Shown in pieces: positions 9,031 to 18,169 of a stretch of 43,439 bases of DNA. The number at the start of each line of letters is the position of its first letter. Within the stretch, counting starts at the first letter, position 1. Origin of the DNA: an uncultured Clostridia bacterium (lineage in GTDB: Bacteria > Bacillota > Clostridia > TANB77 > CAG-508). Location of the stretch: positions 1 to 43,439 of the forward strand of contig CALXZZ010000002.1 in NCBI GenBank assembly GCA_944393365.1. Reading direction: 5' to 3'. A model generated the notes under the pieces. The model saw nothing but the letters and a program-made list of their open reading frames with translations, ran no database searches and was not told the DNA's origin. A program made the translations under genes and the position numbers.

Positions 9031-9203
9031 CCTTACCACCTCTTTGTTTTTGATAAGCTTATTTTACTACTTGTCCTTTGTGGTTTTTGTCTTTTTTAGT
9101 AATCTAATCCAAAAAAGTTTTTTACATTTTTTTATGTTTTTTTAAGAGGTTTTCCTTTATTTCTTTTATTTACTCTTTTTACGTTTTTTATTTTATTATA
9201 TAT

Positions 9204-9210
9204 TGTCGAA
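9204..9210 (+). promoter_or_regulatory. Candidate Spo0A box (TGTCGAA) upstream of spoIIE
   Basis: Exact match to the 0A-box consensus, ~170 nt upstream of the spoIIE start. On the spoIIE strand it reads TTCGACA followed 4 nt later by TATAAT. A single 7-mer match could be chance. Confidence 0.3.
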
Positions 9211-9227
9211 AAAAGCAAGCACTATTA

Positions 9228-9412
9228 TTTTTAAATTCTAAGAAATTGTTACTACTCAGCTTTCAAATTTGTATGCCCTGTTTAACCGTAATTGATTTCA
9301 AAAAAATTGGTCCCCCTTTTAAGGATATCCACCAATTTTTTTGAAATCAATTACTGACGCGGGCTTCAAGTAAATAGAAGCTGAGTAGTAACAATTTTTT
9401 AGAATTTAAAAA
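9228..9412. repeat. 185-bp nested palindrome (MITE-like or long-hairpin element)
   Basis: The outer 34-nt arms (9228-9261 and 9379-9412) are complementary at 33 of 34 positions. The inner 24-nt arms (9288-9311 and 9331-9354) are perfectly complementary around a 19-nt loop. The segments between the arm pairs are non-complementary and unusually GC-rich (GACGCGGGCTTC). Confidence 0.75.
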
Positions 9413-9426
9413 AGCAATCTGAACAC

Positions 9427-9460
9427 AAAAAAACTACTGAAAATTATTTCAATAGTTTTT
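9427..9460 (-). terminator. Rho-independent terminator downstream of the cassette-3 ORF
   Basis: On the - strand AAAACTATTGAAA pairs with TTTCAGTAGTTTT (one mismatch, 4-nt loop) and is followed by a T-run. Confidence 0.6.
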
Positions 9461-9469
9461 ATTTACATC

Positions 9470-9516
9470 AAGGTCTGTCCCTTTTGTTTCATTTTGAAAC
9501 GTTTTGGCACGTCCCC
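9470..9516 (-). repeat. 'GGGAC' repeat element, copy in - orientation
   Basis: The reverse complement reads GGGGACGTGCCAAAACGTTTCAAAATGAAACAAAAGGGACAGACCTT. It starts 2 nt after the stop codon of the 9519-18047 ORF, in the same orientation as that gene. Confidence 0.7.
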
Positions 9517-9518
9517 AT

Positions 9519-12500
9519 TTAATTCTTTCCTAAAACGAATTTCTTAATTAAGATTATTCCTGATACTAATATTCCAAGTGAACTTATTGCTAATGTAATA
9601 TATGCTATATAATTTGTATTTAATCCTGTTGGTGGTAATATTACTAAACTTTCTGATGTCGCATCATCTGGCTCTGATGTACTTGAATCTGTTGGTACAT
9701 AATTTCCTGGTGTTGTTATTAATACAGATCCTCCGTTTTTAATTATCCTTATAATTTCTGCATTGTTTTCTAAGAATGTTTCATCTGCATTAGATAATAA
9801 TCTATATCCTTTTAATGCTACTTCTATAGTTGATCTGCTGTCTGAAGTTATTGTTTCTAAACCAACTGGTACTAATGCTTCACCTTCAAAGTCATCTGTT
9901 GTAATAACTCTACTAGTATCTGATAATACATCTTCTAAATCTTCTGATAATAATCCAGTGTTTATCAATTGTTCTTTTCTATTATCTTGATTTATTGTAT
10001 CCCAAGCTGCGTTTTCACTCATATCTGTTGATAAATTATTATCCAAATAATCTATAATCAATGCTGGTTGTAATGTTACTATACTATTTGCTTCTTCACC
10101 ATGACCAGTTCCATACATATAGAAATCTTGTGTTAAATATTCTAATTCACTAGTATTTGTTACTTCTAAGTTGTATTCTAATTCTATTCTTGCACTTTGT
10201 ACAACTTCTTGATCAACCTCTATTCTTACCATTCCATTTGCTCCTGGAGAAACCGGTGTTACAGATACATGTTGTGCTTGATCTACTAATTGTCCGTTTT
10301 CTAATTTTGCATTAACTAACAAGTTTCCGTCTGCTAATGTAATTCTTGCTGAAGTTATATGCTTATCTAATTCTAATATTTGTCTTGCTCTTTCAATTAT
10401 ACCAAAATCAACACTACTAATTGTATTTTCTAATTGATTAGTATAATCTGTAATATTATTATTATTGTCATCTGTATCAGTATATTCAATATATACTCTA
10501 AAGCTTTGTGTATTAGAATTCATTTGTGCATTATCATATTTATCTCCTGTTTCACTATCTCTATATGTATTTTCAAATTTTTGTTTTTCTCCATAAGTCA
10601 TTTCTTCTGTTTCTGAATCTATTTCAACTCTTGTTGCATAATCATCTACAGCATCTGAAGTTCTTATTTCTGTATTTGTTGTAGTATTCCATTCTAAGTC
10701 TTCATATGCTTGTTTAAAGGTATCATTATACCATTGATCTGATGTTCCTTTTGCATTCCATACATCTTCATTTACTACTGTACTCTTATAATTTTGTACA
10801 TTAACAACTTGTTCTTCTCCATCGTCTAAGGTATATGTTGAGTTAAGACCTGCGCCGTCTATATTTCCTCCCCATGTATACTGAACTTCATATTCTCCTG
10901 GTATAAATCCTTCAATTGTATATTCTCCGTTTTCATCTGTATATGTTATAGCATCTTCAAATTCTTCTGTATCTTTGTTATACACTTGAACTACATTTCC
11001 ATCTGTATCTACTAATGATACTCTTACATTTTCAATTCCTAGCTCATCTTCGTCATATTGTCCATTTCCTTGTCTTGCTATTCCTGTATGTACTTGCTGT
11101 CCGTCCTCTACAGCATTTTCGTCAGTATCTAAGAATACTTTTCCATTTACTCGTCTTTCTAACAAATCTGGATTTTCGTCTGGATCTGGATCTGGGTCTG
11201 GATCTGGGTCTGGATCTGGATCTGGGTCTGGATCCGGACTAGGATCTGGAATAAGTTCATTTGTTAATACTAATAATATACCTGGTGCTTTATCAGTATC
11301 GTCTTCCCATGTTGTCCTATCATTAATATCTGTATTTCCTGGTTGAGAATCTTTGTCTATTCCTGCATATACTTCATTTGTTCCTTCACTATTTGTTTTG
11401 GTTATACCATATTTCTTAATTTCTGATATATTATCCAATTTAGAATTTTCACTATCAGTATTTTCTATAATTTCAATAATGTCATCTTTATGAACTTGGA
11501 ATTGTATATATATATATCTTTCTTCTAACGGTTTTAATTCCAATATTGGCATATTATCTCCACCTATTGTCATTCCTTCATATTCACTACTTATTTCTTC
11601 TATTAATGAAGTATTAAGTCTAGTTTCTTCCTTTATGCTTCCATCCACATTAATATCTGTTCCTACTGCTATCAAATTATATTTTGAATCAAAATAATCA
11701 TCTAATTCATATATTTTTGCTCCTAGATTAGTTGAATTATTTCTAACAGCTATTTTATATGTCAATTCTACAGCTAATGGATCACCATTATCTCCATTAT
11801 AATATACATCTGATGCATATAATGGCCTTGTATATGACATTTCAGAATATTTTTCTTCAAATTTCACTTTTGGATCTAATTCATGTCCACTTACACCATT
11901 ACTATTATCTGCCCATAATTCTTGATTAAATCTATCTCCGTATTTATATACGTGTTGCGTTCCTACTATACTTACTTTAGCACTTTCTATATCTTTTACT
12001 ACAGATAAATCTGGTCTTTCTCTTTTCTTTAATCCCAAATTTATTCCTTCATCAAATGTAGAACCTATTTCTGTTATTCCATTTCTTCTTATATAGTCTG
12101 CAGTCATTATATCTGATAAATATCCTGTTTGACCAACTGATGTATATGCATTATATGTACTAGACGAAATTAAGTATTTATCATCAACTCCATTGACTGG
12201 ATAATATGTTTTATATTCATCTAATGTAACTCCTACATATGGTGCAACTTCTTCTATTGTATCATCATTATATCCAAATAGATATTCTCCTTCATAATCG
12301 ATTGAACTTGTGTAATTTCCAGTATTATATTGGATATCATTTATTTTTGTTCCACTACTATCATTTGATTGTCCTGTTGTAATTTGAGCAAAACCTTCAT
12401 TAAATATTGCTCTATTTTCACCTTCAATAGCATCTGTTCCTCTTTTATTATTTATATCTATAATACTAACTGATTCATAAGCCATACCATTATAAGAAAA

Positions 12501-15500
12501 TTCTATATAATACTTATCTAAGTTGTCTATTAATACATCTACCATTGTATACTTTCCATTAGAATCAGTGTAAGTCTCATCGACTAGCTCTCCATCATCT
12601 TCTTCTCTAAACTGTACTATATTACCTTCATTATCTCTCAGTCTAACAGTAATATTTTCAAGTAATTTGTCATTAACATCATCGCCTATAGACTGATATA
12701 AGTCATTTGTTTCATCTGTTTTTCCTATTTCCCAAGGTATATCTTCCCACGCATATCCTGAAATTTTTATATATTTTCTTTGGTTTTTAACATTCAATGT
12801 GGTTTTTTTGCCATTATTAATAGTCAAACTACTATTTACAACTTTAGGTAAGTCTTCATAACCATAATACGGATTTACAGTTTCTGTTAATTTATATGTT
12901 CCTGCTTCTAATAATTTTATTTCAATCTTTCCATTTTTATTTGTAGTTAGAGTTGTGGCTTTAGTAGTATAAGAAGCATTTCCGTTTTTATCAATTGATA
13001 CATAATAGTTTTCATGAGTGCCTGATGAAGTTTTTTGTAATGTAAATCCTATACCTTGTAATGCTTTATTACTATCTTCATCTGTTTTAGTTATTTCAAG
13101 TCTCCCCTTAATGTCTACAGCTCCAAAAGTAGCAGTCTTTGAAGCATTCGCATATGTATAAACTGTACTACTAGTATAGCTAGCTGTTATCATTCCTTGT
13201 GTTGAACTGGCTGAAATATCAACAGGTCTGCCACTTGAATTTTGATGTTCACCTGATCCAATAGAAGTACATCTATAATATAATTTATATTTTGTTGTTT
13301 TTGGTGTTCTTACAGCATTTTTAGTAGTAACTGTTATTTTCAAGCTATTAATTTTTTCTACATTAGTATTCACTTTTATATAAAATGTTTTATTACTATT
13401 TTGACTCATACTCAAACTAATTGGGTTACCACTACTATTAACAAGAAGACTTGTACTAGTTGACGTTTTTGTTTTGCCACTTTCAGTATAATTTAAAGTC
13501 ATCCCAGTAATTGATGATTCAGTACAATTACTTTTTAATTTATAGGGTCCAACTAGATTATAATTATTATTTAATGCTATTGTATCAACTGAATTAGCAT
13601 CTGCTGTTAAAGTTAATGTTTTTAACGTTTCATTAGAACCGTTCGTTGTAGATTGATTTCTTTTTGATCCTGAACCTCTATAATAATGATCATTTACTGC
13701 ACATAGATGCCATCCAGGATTTGCACAGTTATAACTAACTCCATTACTTCCAGTATATACACCACCTGAAGTCCATCTAATACTAAATCCATATACATTT
13801 GAAGATATAACAACTCCTAACATTCCTGTCATTATAAATACACTAAGCATATTTTTTATTTTTTTATTTTTAAAAGGTTTTATTTTTATTTTACCTTTAA
13901 TAACTAATATTACTACACTCAATAAACCTACTGCTAAAATTGCAAATATAGTATAAGTTATAATACCAGTTTCTATTGAAATCAATAGTTCTGCTTGCGA
14001 ATAATCATCTTCTGATGAATCATTATTTCCTGGGGTAGAATCAATATCAGCTAAATTATTTGCATTTTGACTTATTCCTATTTCTGAAATATTTATAACA
14101 CTTCCTGTTGAATCTTCATCCAAATCTCTTCTTAATGTTAGAGTTAATTCTCTTGATTCACCTGGCTCTATGAATTCTCCTGCAAGACTAGTATTTATTA
14201 AATCTCCACTTTCATTTTTTGACCACGTCATATTATCAGTAGCACTAAATGTGAATCCTTCTGGAATATAGTCTATTATTTGACTTGCAAATCCTTCTGT
14301 ATCACCTTCATTTGTTACAACAATAGTATACTTAACAGTAATACTACTATTTGCAATTTCTCTTGACTTTATATCAACTTTTGTAAATTGTGTATTTTGA
14401 TAATCATAAGTTTTAGTACCACTTGGTGTATTTACTACAACTTGACTTATGTATTTATCTAGCTTAAAGTCAAATCTACTATTACTTACTAATCCCATAT
14501 CAATATTTGATAAACCATTATCGGCAATAGTTAATGTATCAGTTATTCCTACATTTTTTACTACTCCATCTATTGATACTTCTCTAGAAATAGTATCTGA
14601 ATTCAATGTAGCTGAAACATTACTTTTTTGATAAGACGTTAAAGAATATTTACCCGTATCATATTCGAACAATACCCAATAATTACCATTTACAATGTTA
14701 TTAAATTCATATGCACCTTGTTCATTTGTAGTTGTTCTTAAAGTTTCACCATTCTCATTTTGTGCTATAGTTTGAGTATTTGCATCATAAACTTTTACTT
14801 CTATACCACTCATTAATTGTTCTGAATTGTCTCTTTTTCCATCTCTATTTGAATCTATCCAAGCAACACCTGAAATAGAATTAGGTTCTGCAGTTGTTCC
14901 CCCATTATTGTTATCTCCATCTCCACCTTGATCACCATCGCCGGTATTAGGATCTTCTTCATCTTCATATGCTGCTAACAATGTAAAACTAACAATATTA
15001 GAAGTAACTGTTTTTATTCCTTCATTTGCCTCTTCTTCAGTTCTTTCAGCAGTTGCATAATTAGACACTTCTACTGTTTCAATAGAATCTATTGCAGTAG
15101 CTTTAATTGTCATTGTAACAGTTTTTCCAGCAGGTATTTCTAAATATTCATCTACATTTGCCTCTCCTTCAATTATTAATGAAAGATCTCTTTCAACTTT
15201 TTCCATTTCATATTTAAGATTTGCTTCAGCTTCAATATCATACATAGTATCCCCAAACTCATCATCTAGGATAACATATTTTTCATATTCAAGAGAAATA
15301 GGTTCAAGATATTCTGGTAAATAATCATATACATGAGCAGTTGCCCTAATTTTTGATTCATTTGTTATTTTCAATGTGTATGTAACTTCTTCTCCTACTG
15401 TAACTTCTTCTCCTTCTTTATCAGAAGACATTTTTATTGTTACATAAGTTGGATATGCAGATCTTCTATTTTCATTTGAATAATAAATATCGTTTTCATC

Positions 15501-18047
15501 ACTATATGCTTTTACTGATAATCTTAATGGAACTTCATTTACATTATCATCAAAATTATATGCTTCTACATCAATTACTATTGTTATCGTTTGCCCTGGA
15601 GCAATAGAAGGTATAATTCCCTCTAAATATCCATTTGCATAATTTCCAAACTTTTGAAGCATTAAATCACTATTAAAAGTATAATAATAAGAATCAAGAA
15701 CATTTAGTTCTTTTTGAAATTCAGTAGATTCTACATATACATTATTTACCGTTTCATTTGTCAAATTGGTAATTTCCAAGAAATATGAAAAAGCATTTTT
15801 TTGGTCTCTTCCTATATATGATTTCAAGTATACATCTAAATCTGATTTTATTAATTTATTTTCTAGTGTAACTCTGTCATATTCTTCATTATCAATACTT
15901 GCAGAAATTGTATTACTTATATCTTTTTCATTAACACCATCTTCTAGGTCTTTAACTACTACTTCATAAAAACCTGTTTTAGTCTGTCCTGGCTCTAATG
16001 TCTCTGCAACAAATGAATATTCTTTCAAATCTGGATTTTCAATATAATCATATGCCTCTTCAAGATATGTACCAATATCTACTGTTGCATAAACTGTATT
16101 TTCTGGTATTTGACAATTTATATTAACATTATTCATTGTTTTATCTGTTGTATTTGTAACATTTACAACATATTTAATAATTTCACTAGTATGAATACTA
16201 TCTCCATTTTCTAGTATTTTATCTCCTACTTGTGCATATACATCTAATTTGATTCCTTCTCTTCTAATTTCTTCATTAGATGTATTTATATTTGAATTCT
16301 CTGAGTCTGGAGTTTCTGTTATTGAATTATTTACATCCTGATCTACTTCTGTTTCCACTAATTGTTCGTTTGTATCTGTTTCAATATTATTAACATTATT
16401 TACTGTATTAACAATATTTAATAAAATATCTTCGCATATTCCTTGTTCTGTTATATAATTATTTCCAGAGATAACCTCATTTGTAAAACTTGCTTTAATA
16501 GCAGTTTCTGTTGTAGTAATGTCATTTCTTACTATTATATTAGCAGGAATTACAATATTAGTTCCATTGTTAATTGTATCATTATTATATGAAGTTTGTT
16601 CTCCTTCTAATTGTATAACAATTTCCTTACTTCCATCACTATTATCTATCACATTGCTATCTGCAACATTAAGACCATTTCCATATAATACAGAAACATC
16701 ACCTAATACTACTTTTTCCACTTCTGATGGTAATGTAATTCTTAAAACAGGGTTTCTAAATAAATTGTATTCATTATCATTTGATTTTAAAGTTGCCGTT
16801 AATACAACATTATTAGTCACACCATTGCCTAAATTATTATTATCAATTTGAAGATCAATATCAGATTTTGCACTTTCTATCTCTGTAATTTTTTGTGAAT
16901 CTTCAACTAACCCATTTGCTAATGATATATTTTCACTAGTAACTATTCTTTTTGCATTCAAATCAGTTACTGTACTTTTTATAACCTTATTATTTTGTAA
17001 TCTAATAATTCCTTCCTTAATTGGTGTAGAAAATTCTAATTTAATATTTTCTGTATTTTCTCCATATAATATTTCTATAATACCTTCTTGAGATTCTTCT
17101 GTATCTTTATTTATCTCTTGCAAAACACTTCCGTCTTGTGCCAATAACTTTATAGTTCCATTTTCTCCCAAAATATTAATCATATCTTGTTTACTTATTT
17201 GAGTACTTGTATAAATAATATTATCAACATCATTCAAATCTTGTCCGTTCTCATTTTGCCAAGTATTACTTTGTTCTATTACTATTTTTTCTCCTATATC
17301 TTTGTAACTAACTAATATATTCATAGATTCTTTATATGTAGTTTCATAAGTAGTACCATAAGCTTTATTGGATTTAATATAACCATCATATACTGTTTCA
17401 GTTCTAATATCTGAAGAAATTATACTACCAATATTTTCAGTAAGATTTTGTGTATATGATAATGTTTGTGTAACACTTCCTATTTCTTCATTATATAAAT
17501 CTTCACTAACTACTGCTTTTATTTCAATATTTCGTTCAGCATTTTGATCTGTATACACATTTTCTCCATATATACAGATAACTTCATATTCATCTCTTGC
17601 TGTGCTATTATATTGATTATATGGCTCTTCTCCTTCATTACTAGCAGTTAATTGTAAAATTCCTTTTTCATTATCATATGAATAATTACCTTCTATATTG
17701 CTAGTCTGTCCATTAGTAGCTTTTGTACTTTGAGCAATTACTTCTATTCTTTCTGGTAATTCTCCATTTATTTTAGGAACTTCTACTAATGTTGTTGTCT
17801 TTTTAATCGCACCATAATTCTGACCCTCTTCATATTCAATTCCTGTTTTTACATTAAATTGCAAAAGAGTGCCTTTTCTTTCTTCGATATTAAAATTATT
17901 ATATTTACTAATTGATATTTCTATTAAAGCTTTTGCTTTTTCTTCTAAGCTATTTACTATTTCTTCTGCAAAAACCATTGAATGTGCAAATAGCAAAGTA
18001 AATATCAACATAAATACAATGACAGTTTTTAAAACTCTTCCCTTCAT
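9519..18047 (-). CDS. Giant fused surface protein (cassette 3: A3 and B3 modules in one 2,842-codon ORF)
   Basis: GGAGG RBS and signal peptide (MKGRVLKTVIVFMLIFTLLFAHSMVFA). The N-terminal 1,399 aa are collinear with the A proteins at 28942-33876 and 38115-42926. The C-terminal 1,443 aa are collinear with the B proteins at 24534-28937 and 34120-38097. It ends with LPPTG, a TM helix and a basic tail. Confidence 0.8.
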   Translation of the reverse strand: MKGRVLKTVIVFMLIFTLLFAHSMVFAEEIVNSLEEKAKALIEISISKYNNFNIEERKGTLLQFNVKTGIEYEEGQNYGAIKKTTTLVEVPKINGELPERIEVIAQSTKATNGQTSNIEGNYSYDNEKGILQLTASNEGEEPYNQYNSTARDEYEVICIYGENVYTDQNAERNIEIKAVVSEDLYNEEIGSVTQTLSYTQNLTENIGSIISSDIRTETVYDGYIKSNKAYGTTYETTYKESMNILVSYKDIGEKIVIEQSNTWQNENGQDLNDVDNIIYTSTQISKQDMINILGENGTIKLLAQDGSVLQEINKDTEESQEGIIEILYGENTENIKLEFSTPIKEGIIRLQNNKVIKSTVTDLNAKRIVTSENISLANGLVEDSQKITEIESAKSDIDLQIDNNNLGNGVTNNVVLTATLKSNDNEYNLFRNPVLRITLPSEVEKVVLGDVSVLYGNGLNVADSNVIDNSDGSKEIVIQLEGEQTSYNNDTINNGTNIVIPANIIVRNDITTTETAIKASFTNEVISGNNYITEQGICEDILLNIVNTVNNVNNIETDTNEQLVETEVDQDVNNSITETPDSENSNINTSNEEIRREGIKLDVYAQVGDKILENGDSIHTSEIIKYVVNVTNTTDKTMNNVNINCQIPENTVYATVDIGTYLEEAYDYIENPDLKEYSFVAETLEPGQTKTGFYEVVVKDLEDGVNEKDISNTISASIDNEEYDRVTLENKLIKSDLDVYLKSYIGRDQKNAFSYFLEITNLTNETVNNVYVESTEFQKELNVLDSYYYTFNSDLMLQKFGNYANGYLEGIIPSIAPGQTITIVIDVEAYNFDDNVNEVPLRLSVKAYSDENDIYYSNENRRSAYPTYVTIKMSSDKEGEEVTVGEEVTYTLKITNESKIRATAHVYDYLPEYLEPISLEYEKYVILDDEFGDTMYDIEAEANLKYEMEKVERDLSLIIEGEANVDEYLEIPAGKTVTMTIKATAIDSIETVEVSNYATAERTEEEANEGIKTVTSNIVSFTLLAAYEDEEDPNTGDGDQGGDGDNNNGGTTAEPNSISGVAWIDSNRDGKRDNSEQLMSGIEVKVYDANTQTIAQNENGETLRTTTNEQGAYEFNNIVNGNYWVLFEYDTGKYSLTSYQKSNVSATLNSDTISREVSIDGVVKNVGITDTLTIADNGLSNIDMGLVSNSRFDFKLDKYISQVVVNTPSGTKTYDYQNTQFTKVDIKSREIANSSITVKYTIVVTNEGDTEGFASQIIDYIPEGFTFSATDNMTWSKNESGDLINTSLAGEFIEPGESRELTLTLRRDLDEDSTGSVINISEIGISQNANNLADIDSTPGNNDSSEDDYSQAELLISIETGIITYTIFAILAVGLLSVVILVIKGKIKIKPFKNKKIKNMLSVFIMTGMLGVVISSNVYGFSIRWTSGGVYTGSNGVSYNCANPGWHLCAVNDHYYRGSGSKRNQSTTNGSNETLKTLTLTADANSVDTIALNNNYNLVGPYKLKSNCTESSITGMTLNYTESGKTKTSTSTSLLVNSSGNPISLSMSQNSNKTFYIKVNTNVEKINSLKITVTTKNAVRTPKTTKYKLYYRCTSIGSGEHQNSSGRPVDISASSTQGMITASYTSSTVYTYANASKTATFGAVDIKGRLEITKTDEDSNKALQGIGFTLQKTSSGTHENYYVSIDKNGNASYTTKATTLTTNKNGKIEIKLLEAGTYKLTETVNPYYGYEDLPKVVNSSLTINNGKKTTLNVKNQRKYIKISGYAWEDIPWEIGKTDETNDLYQSIGDDVNDKLLENITVRLRDNEGNIVQFREEDDGELVDETYTDSNGKYTMVDVLIDNLDKYYIEFSYNGMAYESVSIIDINNKRGTDAIEGENRAIFNEGFAQITTGQSNDSSGTKINDIQYNTGNYTSSIDYEGEYLFGYNDDTIEEVAPYVGVTLDEYKTYYPVNGVDDKYLISSSTYNAYTSVGQTGYLSDIMTADYIRRNGITEIGSTFDEGINLGLKKRERPDLSVVKDIESAKVSIVGTQHVYKYGDRFNQELWADNSNGVSGHELDPKVKFEEKYSEMSYTRPLYASDVYYNGDNGDPLAVELTYKIAVRNNSTNLGAKIYELDDYFDSKYNLIAVGTDINVDGSIKEETRLNTSLIEEISSEYEGMTIGGDNMPILELKPLEERYIYIQFQVHKDDIIEIIENTDSENSKLDNISEIKKYGITKTNSEGTNEVYAGIDKDSQPGNTDINDRTTWEDDTDKAPGILLVLTNELIPDPSPDPDPDPDPDPDPDPDPDPDENPDLLERRVNGKVFLDTDENAVEDGQQVHTGIARQGNGQYDEDELGIENVRVSLVDTDGNVVQVYNKDTEEFEDAITYTDENGEYTIEGFIPGEYEVQYTWGGNIDGAGLNSTYTLDDGEEQVVNVQNYKSTVVNEDVWNAKGTSDQWYNDTFKQAYEDLEWNTTTNTEIRTSDAVDDYATRVEIDSETEEMTYGEKQKFENTYRDSETGDKYDNAQMNSNTQSFRVYIEYTDTDDNNNNITDYTNQLENTISSVDFGIIERARQILELDKHITSARITLADGNLLVNAKLENGQLVDQAQHVSVTPVSPGANGMVRIEVDQEVVQSARIELEYNLEVTNTSELEYLTQDFYMYGTGHGEEANSIVTLQPALIIDYLDNNLSTDMSENAAWDTINQDNRKEQLINTGLLSEDLEDVLSDTSRVITTDDFEGEALVPVGLETITSDSRSTIEVALKGYRLLSNADETFLENNAEIIRIIKNGGSVLITTPGNYVPTDSSTSEPDDATSESLVILPPTGLNTNYIAYITLAISSLGILVSGIILIKKFVLGKN
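9624..9638 (-). other. LPPTG sortase-type sorting motif (B3)
   Basis: VILPPTGLNTNYIAYITLAISSLGILVSGIILIKKFVLGKN: motif, hydrophobic helix and basic tail. Confidence 0.75.
11178..11249 (-). repeat. Hexanucleotide tandem repeat encoding a PDPS(PD)10 linker
   Basis: Repeats of CCAGAT/CCAGAC on the - strand (GGATCTGG/GGGTCTGG on the + strand). They translate to PDPSPDPDPDPDPDPDPDPDPDPD within the B3 module. Confidence 0.9.
13851..18047 (-). other. A3 module of the fused ORF
   Basis: DUF11-like repeats (e.g. VTYTLKITNESKIRATAHVYDYLPEYLEP). SdrD-B-like domain ISGVAWIDSNRDGKRDNSEQLMSGIEVKVYD...GAYEFNNIVNGNYWVLFEYD. The C-terminus is ADIDSTPGNNDSSEDDYSQAELLISIETG, a TM helix and a Lys-rich stretch. 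Confidence 0.75.
13965..13979 (-). other. SIETG motif preceding the A3 TM helix
   Basis: AELLISIETGIITYTIFAILAVGLLSVVILVIKGK. It is positionally equivalent to SIRTG in A1 and A2. Confidence 0.6.
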
Positions 18048-18088
18048 AATTTTCCTCCAATAGCTTAAATATAAATTTCCTTAAATAT

Positions 18089-18117
18089 ATAGTAACTTTT
18101 ATTAAAATTTAAATCAA
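18089..18117 (-). promoter_or_regulatory. Candidate promoter for the cassette-3 ORF
   Basis: On the - strand TTGATT (18117-18112), a 17-nt spacer and TACTAT (18094-18089). All are conserved in the A2 copy. It lies ~40 nt upstream of the start codon. Confidence 0.4.
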
Positions 18118-18140
18118 TATCAGTTTTTTCCAAGCATAAT

Positions 18141-18169
18141 AAAAAAACCTTCCGCCTACTACGGAAGGT
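18141..18169 (-). terminator. Intrinsic terminator hairpin inside the conserved module (A3 copy)
   Basis: On the - strand ACCTTCCG, a 7-nt loop and CGGAAGGT are followed by TTTTTTT. No co-directional gene lies immediately upstream of this copy. Confidence 0.6.

Larger units (their letters stand above)
9519..13850 (-). other. B3 module of the fused ORF
   Basis: It starts at an in-frame Met (13850) with a signal-peptide-like segment, MLSVFIMTGMLGVVISSNVYG. This is followed by a SpaA-like domain (GFTLQKTSSG...GTYKLTETVNPYYGYE) and SdrD-B-like domains (RKYIKISGYAWEDI...; RVNGKVFLDTDENAVEDG...). It ends in a (PD)n linker and LPPTG. Confidence 0.75.

Noticed and set aside
9273-9344. A 23-codon ORF (MPCLTVIDFKKIGPPFKDIHQFF) inside the 185-bp palindrome, considered as a possible type I toxin-like peptide.
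   Set aside because: It has no Shine-Dalgarno sequence and no hydrophobic toxin-like helix. The ORF is a trivial consequence of the palindrome sequence.
11178-11249. Short tandem repeats (the PD microsatellite) and the dispersed 'GGGAC' elements, considered as a possible CRISPR array.
   Set aside because: There is no regular repeat-spacer periodicity. The PD repeat lies in frame inside a CDS, and the GGGAC copies are kilobases apart. No cas genes are present.
6583-18047. A functional link between the surface-protein block and sporulation (for example spore appendages), based on adjacency to spoIIE.
   Set aside because: The only basis is adjacency. The promoters I can read look sigma-A-like rather than sigma-E, -K, -F or -G-like. 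A terminator, a repeat element and a large palindrome separate the block from spoIIE.
18141-18169. The conserved hairpin upstream of A3 and A2, read as a riboswitch, attenuator or processive-antitermination target.
   Set aside because: I could find no convincing promoter upstream of the hairpin. A conserved promoter-like element lies downstream of it. The simpler reading is 'terminator of the preceding cassette followed by the promoter of the next', duplicated as a block. It is kept only as an alternative in the finding.
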